Shown in pieces: positions 57,045 to 64,000 of a stretch of DNA of 64,000 bases. The first letter of the stretch is position 1. Each line of letters begins with the position of its first letter. The position numbers were made by a program, and so were the translations under genes. This DNA is from an uncultured Bacteroidales bacterium. GTDB lineage: Bacteria > Bacteroidota > Bacteroidia > Bacteroidales > CAIWKO01. The DNA lies in NCBI GenBank assembly GCA_964599365.1, contig CAZRFL010000011.1:6612-70611 (forward strand), written 5' to 3'. The notes below the pieces were generated by a model. It made no database searches. It was not told where the DNA came from and saw only the letters and a program-made list of their open reading frames with translations.

Positions 57045-57986
57045 TTATTGCTGTTGTTTTTTTGCTCTTTTTCTGCGGGCTTTCTTTACAAAGTAGCGTA
57101 TGAGGTAGAGAGTCACTATGATAATCAGCCAGAGTGGCCACAGATAGATCATTCCAATAAAGAAAGTCACCAGCCCCTGCCATCCGTAAGATATAGCCTG
57201 TCTGACCTTATATCCGAATGAATCACTTTGCATGGGCATTAATTTACCCTGTTCGTAGAAGGTCAGATTGATGGTGCTCAACTCTACCTTGTTGTTCAAA
57301 TACTTTAAACGACCCTCTATGGATTCTATCTCTTCCTGCAAGGTGCGAATGTATTGCTGCACTTCCAAAATATCGGTAATAGAATAAGCTTTCTTTAAGA
57401 TCAGTTCGTATTGCGCCAGGGCGTCTTTTTTGGATTTCAGTCTTGCCGTTATATCAACGTATTCTTCAGTAACATCCTCGGCATTGATCTTTTTGTAATC
57501 CACGAAAACGGCTTCTTTCAACAAGTCATCAATCAAAACATCAAAATCTGCAGAGCCAACCCTGATGACCATAACATTGGTAGTACGGTAATCGTCTCCG
57601 GTTTGATTTTCGGATGATACATAAGCATGACGTTGTTTGATGATGGAAAGAATTTTGGTGCGCGATACATCGTATTTTTCTACCTTAAAACTCAGGTCGG
57701 ATGTTTTAATGACTTTTTGCGGAATCTGGTCGTTATCTACCGGAGGGGTGTCGATGCCCTTTTTGTCGGTAGCATACGCATTTTTGTTTCTGTCACCTTC
57801 ATAATCTTTGGTCGTGGTTTTTTCTGATTCTTCCGTCACGGTGGTCGAGGAGGGTTGTTGTTCCAGATTTATGGCATCTGATATTTCCAGTCTGCGGTCT
57901 TCTGATTTATGACCACAGCTGCTTAGTTGAGTTGCAGTGGTAATGCATAGGAAGATTAATACTAAAAAAAAACTTTTTGTTTTCAT
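57045..57986 (-). CDS. Lipoprotein with coiled-coil region and a C-terminal TM anchor (DUF4349-like architecture)
   Basis: 313 aa. Lipobox signal ...LSSCG, a central helical region, a C-terminal TM helix and a KR-rich tail (VKKARRKRAKKQQQ). Confidence 0.45.
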   Translation of the reverse strand: MKTKSFFLVLIFLCITTATQLSSCGHKSEDRRLEISDAINLEQQPSSTTVTEESEKTTTKDYEGDRNKNAYATDKKGIDTPPVDNDQIPQKVIKTSDLSFKVEKYDVSRTKILSIIKQRHAYVSSENQTGDDYRTTNVMVIRVGSADFDVLIDDLLKEAVFVDYKKINAEDVTEEYVDITARLKSKKDALAQYELILKKAYSITDILEVQQYIRTLQEEIESIEGRLKYLNNKVELSTINLTFYEQGKLMPMQSDSFGYKVRQAISYGWQGLVTFFIGMIYLWPLWLIIIVTLYLIRYFVKKARRKRAKKQQQ

Positions 57987-58165
57987 AATTTTCAGGGTTT
58001 AAATGAGCATTGTTTTACTAAAATCATCTATAGATAATTTACCGTAGAAAATCCATACTAAAAGTAGAAATTTAGCTGCAAAAAATGTCCGCAATTAAAA
58101 AAAAGTAAAATTTTTCTTGACTTTTTATTTTTCTGTTGTAACTTTGCACTTCAAAGTACTTTTTA

Positions 58166-58813
58166 ATGCAAATAGAAATGGAAGAACAAAACGATCAATT
58201 AAAAGCCCTTTCGGAAATACGTTCGCTGATGGAATCCTCCACACGCTTCTTGTCGCTCAGCGGCTTATCGGGAATCTTTGCGGGATGTTTCGGTCTGCTG
58301 GGAGCCGTTGCCGCTTTCCTGTTTCTCAACCTGGGTTTGTTCAGCAACGATTATTACCATTATATTTCCAGCAGCAGCAGTTATAATATGCCTGCACTCC
58401 TTTTCTTTATTGCCGATGCGCTTACTGTTTTGTTGCTGGCCTTGCTGGTGGGGACCTACTTTACTTCGCGGAATGCAAGGAAAAAAGGTCAGCCGATATG
58501 GGACATCACCGTGAAAAAACTTTTACTCAACCTGTTAATCCCCCTGATAACAGGAGGACTTTTCTGCTTTGTACTGTTGTTTCATCATTTGGTGTATCTG
58601 ATTGCGCCTGTTATGCTGATATTTTACGGGTTGGCACTGGTCAATGCGTCCAAGTTTACTTTTACCATGGTGAAGTATTTAGGTTTGAGCGAAATCCTGC
58701 TGGGAATTATCGCCTGTTTTTTTATTGGTTACGGCTTGCTGTTCTGGGCGCTGGGTTTTGGAGTTCTCCATATTATTTATGGAGCGCTTATGTACAATAA
58801 ATACGAAAGATGA
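58166..58813 (+). CDS. Membrane protein, hypothetical (4 TM)
   Basis: 215 aa. Its stop overlaps the start of the next gene (ATGA). Confidence 0.5.
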   Translation: MQIEMEEQNDQLKALSEIRSLMESSTRFLSLSGLSGIFAGCFGLLGAVAAFLFLNLGLFSNDYYHYISSSSSYNMPALLFFIADALTVLLLALLVGTYFTSRNARKKGQPIWDITVKKLLLNLLIPLITGGLFCFVLLFHHLVYLIAPVMLIFYGLALVNASKFTFTMVKYLGLSEILLGIIACFFIGYGLLFWALGFGVLHIIYGALMYNKYER

Positions 58814-59121
58814 ACAGCGATTTCGACATAAACAACCTGAACAAGGTTTTTGAGAGCAGGATACGGCTGGGTGTTATGTCGGTGCTTAGTGTAAACGAAA
58901 GTGCAGATTTCAATCGGCTGAAGGAGCTACTGAAGGTGACCGACGGAAACCTGGCCAGCCATATTACTGCACTGGAAAAAGTGAACTATATACAGATCTC
59001 AAAAGACTTTGTGGGAAAGAAACCCCGCACCACCTATAATATAACAGATGAGGGCCGAAGTGCCTTTCAGTTTCATCTGGCTTCGCTCGAAAAAATGTTT
59101 CAAATAAAAAACAATCATTAG
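58810..59121 (+). CDS. Winged-helix transcriptional regulator
   Basis: 103 aa. wHTH-like core RIRLGVMSVLSVNESADFNRLKELLKVTDGNLASHITALEKVNYI and a wing KKPRTTYNITDEG. Confidence 0.6.
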   Translation: MNSDFDINNLNKVFESRIRLGVMSVLSVNESADFNRLKELLKVTDGNLASHITALEKVNYIQISKDFVGKKPRTTYNITDEGRSAFQFHLASLEKMFQIKNNH

Positions 59122-59122
59122 T

Positions 59123-59320
59123 ATGAACGATTTCTTCAATCTCTGTGTGAATATTCTGAAGGTCAGTGCCGACTTTTGCGGGATGACCTATCAGGAGATC
59201 AATATCTGGCTGTTTGTGATCATTCATCCGCTGATTACTTTGGGGCTATTCGTCTGGTTGATCATCGCTTTAAAGAAAAACCGAAGATTAAAATCAGAAA
59301 TAAGAAGGATATCTGCTTAG
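59123..59320 (+). CDS. Small membrane protein (65 aa), hypothetical
   Basis: Starts 1 nt after the upstream stop. One TM helix (IWLFVIIHPLITLGLFVWLIIAL) and a basic tail. Confidence 0.4.
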   Translation: MNDFFNLCVNILKVSADFCGMTYQEINIWLFVIIHPLITLGLFVWLIIALKKNRRLKSEIRRISA

Positions 59321-59325
59321 AATAT

Positions 59326-59466
59326 TGCCACCAAAGCACAAAAACACCAAATTTCACCAAATATAACTGATAAAAAATGCCACAAATGCTCAAAGATGCA
59401 CAAAGAAGTCAAATCGGAAATACTAATTTTCTTGGTGTTTTTTGGTGCCTTGGTGATTTGGTGGCA
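59326..59466. repeat. Long imperfect inverted repeat with ~36-bp arms (CACCAAA words vs TTTGGTG words) and a ~70-nt interior
   Basis: tgccaccaaagcacaaaaacaccaaatttcaccaaa ... cttggtgttttttggtgccttggtgatttggtggca. The interior contains tgccacaaatgctcaaagatgcacaaagaag. Confidence 0.7.
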
Positions 59467-59516
59467 GAAATATTCCTGACTTATAAAATTAAAAACCCAA
59501 ATTAAAACCCTACACT

Positions 59517-62300
59517 ATGAAAAAAAATGATTTGCTGCTGTTAATTTCCGTAGTCCTTTACAGCTGGATGTTCTACCACCAATCGCTGGGAGTGAACTTC
59601 CTGTTGTTTTCGGTTTCGCTCATCGTATTGCAACTGATACGAAACAAAGCCCTGCTGAAAGATACATCCTGGTATGTTGCCGCTGCCGGTGCTATAGTAT
59701 CTGGCGTTTGCGTGATGTTATACGGCACATGGCTTTCGTTCTCGGCCAATATTGTGTCCCTCAGTTTGGTTTCTGCCATGAGTATCAGCCGCGGTTCGTC
59801 GGTAATACTGGGAGGAATTTATGCTCTGTATTCCTACGTTTCGTCCATTGGCTTTATGATAGTAGATATGATAGAGCGAAGAAGTTCGAAGAATAAAGCC
59901 CTCGGAAGCAAGTTCTGGATCAAGCTTAGCATTGGGATTGGTATTTTTGCCATTCTGATCTTATTCTTTTTCCTGTATCAGAAATCAAACCCCTTGTTTC
60001 TCGACCTGACTCGCAAAATCAATCTGGATTTCATTTCCTGGCCCTGGGTGCGATTTACATTCCTGGGATTCCTGTTGTTGTACGGATTTTTCTATCACCG
60101 TAATTTCCCTGCTTTGTATCGCTGGGATGTCAACATTCCTAAAAACCTATACGCACAAAGTACGCTTGAAAAGGGCAACCGTTTGTTTGGTAAGAATATC
60201 AACGAAAACATAGAACGCATGTCGGGAGTGGTGCTGTTGGCCCTGTTGAATGTGTTGCTGTTGGTGGTGAATATGCTGGATGTCGTTTATCTCTGGATCA
60301 GCCGTCAGATACCTACCGGTATGACCCTTTCGGAATACCTGCATCAGGGAACGGGAACGCTGATCACTTCCATTGTTCTGGCCATTCTCATCATTATGTT
60401 CTATTTCCGCGGCTATCTGAATTTCTCAGCAAAGAACAAATCCATCAAGATACTGGCTTATGCCTGGATACTGCAAAATGCTTTTGTGATCATTTCCACA
60501 GGATATCGTACCCTGCTTTACATCAGTGAATATAACCTGACCTACAAACGACTTGGTGTATACATCTGGCTGGTGCTGACTATGATCGGATTGATCACCA
60601 CCCTGGTGAAGATTTATCAGAAAAAAACCAACCTCTATTTGTTTAAAGCCAATGGATGGGCTTTTTATATCGTTCTTGTATTATTCGCTTGTTTGAACTG
60701 GGACCTGGTAATCACCAAGTTCAATATTCAGAAATCTAAAAGTGTGGATAAGAACTATCTGGTAGAACTAAAGTCGCCCGCCAACCTGCCCGACCTGCTG
60801 GTGTTGCCAACCGATGAGCACGACTATATTAAGAATTTGGAATCAGATGACTCATGGGATGACGACTATAGTTCTTCGGGAAGCTATTACGACGAGCTGT
60901 TTGAGCGGGGAAACTATACCGCGAAATTGCACAAGCGTCTGTATGAGTTTTTGAATGTAAGAGACGATGTGGGCTGGCAATCGTGGAACTATACAGCTTA
61001 CAAAACCGAAAAAGAGATTTATGCGCTGAGCGAAGCCGGAAAAATTCCCCGCTTGCTGCTGAGCAATGACAATATTTCGGATCTGGACGCTCTGAAACGC
61101 CTGAGCAACCTGACTTATCTGGATGTTTCGAACAATGAGGTGAAAGGATTCCTCGGCCTGCAGGATTTCGATAAGTTGTTGTATCTGGATGCTTCTTCCA
61201 ATCAGATCCATAATGTAGACAGCATTCCTACTATCAAAAACCTCAAAACACTGAACCTGTCTAACAATTCTATCAACGATTTCAAAGGTATGGAAAGAAT
61301 GCAGGGGCTGGAAGATCTTAACATAGCGAACAATCCCGGACAACTCGATTTGAAACCTATTGCGATGTTGAAAAACCTGAAAACCCTCGATATTTCGGGC
61401 AACGAGATTAAAAACATTGGCGTGATCGTTTCTTTGAACCAATTAAAAACACTCAGAATAGGCGGCATGAAGAACCAAAATGTGCTGAAGAACCTGCCTG
61501 TGATGACCCAACTGGAAGAGGTGGATATCTCCAATAATAATTTTGTGATCAGCGATATTGACGTGCTAAACAAGTTTGAGGCCTTTAAAAAACTGAAGAC
61601 ACTCAACCTGTCGGGCGACAACATCACCAACCTCTATGTGCTTACCAATGTGGAGAACAAGGTGTATAATTTCTTCTTCAACCGACAGGCTGAACGCGAT
61701 GTGAAACCTATTTTTACCAGCCTCGAAAACCTGGTGCTGGCTTCGAATAGTATTCGCGACCTGGGGGCTTTGCAGTATTATCCTCAACTGAAAACCCTCG
61801 ATTTGTCGAACAATGCCCTGAGTTCTATTGATGAACTGGGCGCTCTGAAACAATTGGAAATGCTGGATCTGGAAAACACAAACATCACGAATTTCGACAC
61901 GCTGACCTGCCTGATCGCACTGAAAGACCTGACCCTCTCGTCCAACAACCTGGCAGATATCTGCGACCTTTCGGCCCTGAAGAACCTGACCACTCTGGAT
62001 GTTTCGCACAACAATCTGACCAACATCGATAGGTTTGCCCGTTATACCAACCTGCGTAAACTGGTGCTGAACAACAATCAGTTGATTGACCTGTCGCCAC
62101 TGAAAACGCTGACCAAACTCGAATATCTGGACGTGAAAAATAATTCGGTTTCGGACTACAGTCCCCTGTACGGATTGAAAAACCTGAAAGAACTACGCAT
62201 TTCGAACATCAGTCTGGATGATTACAATGCCCTGAAAGAGAACCTGCCGCAGACCCGCATCAGGGCACAGTATATTTCGAAAAGAGGCTCGAGCTATTAA
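59517..62300 (+). CDS. Polytopic membrane protein (~10 TM, N-terminal ~400 aa) fused to a C-terminal leucine-rich-repeat domain (~18 LRRs)
   Basis: 927 aa. LRR units of 22 aa such as LSNLTYLDVSNNEVKGFLGLQDF, LKTLNLSNNSINDFKGMERMQGL and LKTLDLSNNALSSIDELGAL. Confidence 0.75.
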   Translation: MKKNDLLLLISVVLYSWMFYHQSLGVNFLLFSVSLIVLQLIRNKALLKDTSWYVAAAGAIVSGVCVMLYGTWLSFSANIVSLSLVSAMSISRGSSVILGGIYALYSYVSSIGFMIVDMIERRSSKNKALGSKFWIKLSIGIGIFAILILFFFLYQKSNPLFLDLTRKINLDFISWPWVRFTFLGFLLLYGFFYHRNFPALYRWDVNIPKNLYAQSTLEKGNRLFGKNINENIERMSGVVLLALLNVLLLVVNMLDVVYLWISRQIPTGMTLSEYLHQGTGTLITSIVLAILIIMFYFRGYLNFSAKNKSIKILAYAWILQNAFVIISTGYRTLLYISEYNLTYKRLGVYIWLVLTMIGLITTLVKIYQKKTNLYLFKANGWAFYIVLVLFACLNWDLVITKFNIQKSKSVDKNYLVELKSPANLPDLLVLPTDEHDYIKNLESDDSWDDDYSSSGSYYDELFERGNYTAKLHKRLYEFLNVRDDVGWQSWNYTAYKTEKEIYALSEAGKIPRLLLSNDNISDLDALKRLSNLTYLDVSNNEVKGFLGLQDFDKLLYLDASSNQIHNVDSIPTIKNLKTLNLSNNSINDFKGMERMQGLEDLNIANNPGQLDLKPIAMLKNLKTLDISGNEIKNIGVIVSLNQLKTLRIGGMKNQNVLKNLPVMTQLEEVDISNNNFVISDIDVLNKFEAFKKLKTLNLSGDNITNLYVLTNVENKVYNFFFNRQAERDVKPIFTSLENLVLASNSIRDLGALQYYPQLKTLDLSNNALSSIDELGALKQLEMLDLENTNITNFDTLTCLIALKDLTLSSNNLADICDLSALKNLTTLDVSHNNLTNIDRFARYTNLRKLVLNNNQLIDLSPLKTLTKLEYLDVKNNSVSDYSPLYGLKNLKELRISNISLDDYNALKENLPQTRIRAQYISKRGSSY

Positions 62301-62318
62301 TCTTAAAAACCTTTTGCC

Positions 62319-62762
62319 ATGAAAATAAATCTGTTTAAAGTACTGCTTTACGATTTTCTGATAGTGATATCCGTAAATGCCTTCCTGTATTTTCTGCTGG
62401 TGCTGGTTTTCAACGACGACCTGAGTGTGTTGCGCCACGGCGACGAATTTGCGCTGATGACCTTTGCCGAACTGAGCGGGATAGTTTTTTTCGCCATCTT
62501 GTTCATTATTTCTTATTTGCTGCCCCTCTTCTACATTCAGAAGAGGCATATTGAGACCAAAAGTGCTACGGAATTGTTCTGGCGTTTTATGCCGCTGGTG
62601 GCACTTATTGCTACGGTTTTTGCCGGTTTTGTGATGATGATAGGCTATAAGCATCATGCCATTACGGGCGAAGCCTGGGTGAATATCTGGCTGATTTACG
62701 GCATTTCGTATACGGGGCTGGTGGCCTTTGTGTATTTGGTGAAACCGAAGAAAAAAGAATGA
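62319..62762 (+). CDS. Membrane protein, hypothetical (4 TM)
   Basis: 147 aa, hydrophobic. Confidence 0.45.
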   Translation: MKINLFKVLLYDFLIVISVNAFLYFLLVLVFNDDLSVLRHGDEFALMTFAELSGIVFFAILFIISYLLPLFYIQKRHIETKSATELFWRFMPLVALIATVFAGFVMMIGYKHHAITGEAWVNIWLIYGISYTGLVAFVYLVKPKKKE

Positions 62763-62768
62763 AAAGTC

Positions 62769-62794
62769 ACCGCAAAGGCGCGAAGGACGCAAAG
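62769..62794. repeat. Left 26-bp inverted repeat flanking the GxxExxY gene
   Basis: ACCGCAAAGGCGCGAAGGACGCAAAG. The reverse complement of 63319-63344 is ACCGCAAAGGCGCAAAGGACGCAGAG (24 of 26 positions identical). Confidence 0.8.
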
Positions 62795-62910
62795 AACATT
62801 ACTTAAATTTAAGCACTACGACCTTTGCACACCTGCGACAGGCTGGATTGAGGTAAACAAGATTCAACTATATCATTGAAGCAATTTATTTTATTAAGAA
62901 TTAAATTATC

Positions 62911-63288
62911 ATGACAGAAAACGAAATTTCACATAAAATTATTGGTGCATGCATTGAGGTTCATAAACAATTGGGACCTGGATTATTAGAAAGCTCCTAT
63001 GAATATTGTCTGGCTTATGAACTTTCGCAAATGGGTCTTGAAGTTAAACAACAAGTGGCGCTGCCCGTTGTTTATAAAGATGTAAAACTTGATGCAGGAT
63101 ACAGGATAGATCTTTTGGTTGATGATATTGTAATAATCGAGATCAAAGCTGTTGATGCATTAGCTGATATTCATACAGCACAATTGCTTACTTATTTGAA
63201 GCTGAAAAGACTAAAATTGGGTATGCTTGTAAATTTTAATAATGTAAAAGTAATTGATGGAATTAAAAGAATAGTGAATAATTTATAG
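62911..63288 (+). CDS. GxxExxY protein (PD-(D/E)xK nuclease superfamily)
   Basis: 125 aa. KIIGACIEVHKQLGPGLLESSYEYCLAYEL (the GxxExxY motif) followed by D...EIK. Confidence 0.85.
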   Translation: MTENEISHKIIGACIEVHKQLGPGLLESSYEYCLAYELSQMGLEVKQQVALPVVYKDVKLDAGYRIDLLVDDIVIIEIKAVDALADIHTAQLLTYLKLKRLKLGMLVNFNNVKVIDGIKRIVNNL

Positions 63289-63318
63289 TCTTTTACTGAT
63301 GTCTGATTATCATCCAAT

Positions 63319-63344
63319 CTCTGCGTCCTTTGCGCCTTTGCGGT
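63319..63344. repeat. Right 26-bp inverted repeat flanking the GxxExxY gene
   Basis: CTCTGCGTCCTTTGCGCCTTTGCGGT. Confidence 0.8.
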
Positions 63345-63353
63345 AAAAAAAAT

Positions 63354-64000
63354 ATGAAACACCCCAAACCCTATATCACCCTTCTGTACGTCGGCTTGTT
63401 TGCCATTGCCATGGGATATCTGGAAAGCGCCGTGGTGGTCTACATACGTGCCTTGTATTATCCCGATGGCTTTGCCTTTCCGATGAGGCTCATCAGCAGT
63501 CAGATCATGATGACAGAGCTATGGCGCGAAGCCGCCACCATGGTGATGCTTCTGGGCGTAGGTTGGCTGGCCGGCAAAACGGTCCTGCAACGCTTTGCTT
63601 ATTTCATTTATGCCTTTGCCATCTGGGATATCTTCTATTATGTTTTCCTTTGGGCGCTGATAAGCTGGCCCCAATCGCTGCTGACCTGGGATGTGCTCTT
63701 CTTTATTCCTACCACATGGGTGGGTCCGGTGATTGCTCCTGTAATCAATTCGCTGACTATGATATTGCTGGCGTTGGTAATAATTGGGAGGGGAGACGCG
63801 CCTTGGCGCGTCTTTACGAAAAGGATGGTATGGGTCCTGTTAATCGCCGGGTCTATCATCATTATCTTTTCCTATACCCTCGAATATTCGCAGTTTATCT
63901 TGCAACGCTATTCGTGGCACGATCTGCTGGTGGATGGCATCAGCAAAGAAATGCTGATTTCGGGCACCGAATATATGCCTCAGAAATTCCCCTGGTGGAT
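63354..64000 (+). CDS. Membrane protein, hypothetical; partial (runs off the window end)
   Basis: MKHPKPYITLLYVGLFAIAMGYLESAVVVYIRALYY... with multiple TM helices. No stop before position 64000. Confidence 0.5.
   Translation, partial: MKHPKPYITLLYVGLFAIAMGYLESAVVVYIRALYYPDGFAFPMRLISSQIMMTELWREAATMVMLLGVGWLAGKTVLQRFAYFIYAFAIWDIFYYVFLWALISWPQSLLTWDVLFFIPTTWVGPVIAPVINSLTMILLALVIIGRGDAPWRVFTKRMVWVLLIAGSIIIIFSYTLEYSQFILQRYSWHDLLVDGISKEMLISGTEYMPQKFPWW

Noticed and set aside
1-64000. Search for tRNA, rRNA, transposase, integrase, restriction-modification or toxin-antitoxin genes
   Set aside because: I found no TAGCTCAG/GGTTCGAATCC-type tRNA signatures, no rRNA-like conserved blocks, and no DDE, tyrosine-recombinase or Cas-like motifs in any listed ORF. 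Absence by eye is not proof.

Overview
This window reads as a chromosomal segment of a Bacteroidota bacterium. Family-level hallmarks are a SusC/SusD pair, lipoprotein-type signal peptides (hydrophobic stretch followed by Cys), an ileS / TraR-DksA-like / lspA cluster, a MurF-Alr fusion, futalosine-pathway (mqn) genes and ybeY adjacent to mnmG. About 55 protein-coding genes are supportable, mostly housekeeping: pheS, ileS, gltX, mnmG, miaA, tdk, purQ, pdxA, lspA, tcdA, murF/alr, a PPIase, an M28 peptidase, a TrmH methyltransferase and an MFS transporter. I found no rRNA, tRNA, CRISPR array, transposase or integrase. The most unusual content is: (1) an AT-rich ~4.8 kb accessory island (23.5-28.3 kb) between a sensor histidine kinase and pheS, holding paralogous small lipoproteins and one GC-rich acidic orphan gene, and saturated with a family of degenerate ~10-bp 'word' repeats (CACRGAG / CTYTGTG, CGCAGAT / ATCTGCG, CATTGTG / CACAATG) that build long imperfect palindromes and near-identical direct repeats; (2) three intergenic tandem arrays with a ~21-bp period and different 8-bp cores (25.7 kb, 44.2 kb, 51.0-51.3 kb); (3) a perfect 14-bp palindrome GTTTCACGTGAAAC found twice, each exactly 7 nt before a consecutive start codon (mnmG and a Zn-ribbon methyltransferase); (4) a GxxExxY (PD-(D/E)xK) gene bracketed by 26-bp inverted repeats that sit exactly in an intergenic gap; (5) a strongly AT-rich segment plus extra W-D-D-L repeats inside the ileS editing domain; (6) a giant secreted beta-helix-like repeat protein downstream of SusC/SusD; (7) a giant coiled-coil membrane protein translationally coupled to an RsbW-like HATPase, upstream of ybeY; and (8) a coupled membrane-protein / winged-helix regulator / mini-membrane-protein trio next to a polytopic membrane protein fused to ~18 leucine-rich repeats. 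Everything is read from the sequence and ORF translations by eye; no database search was possible.
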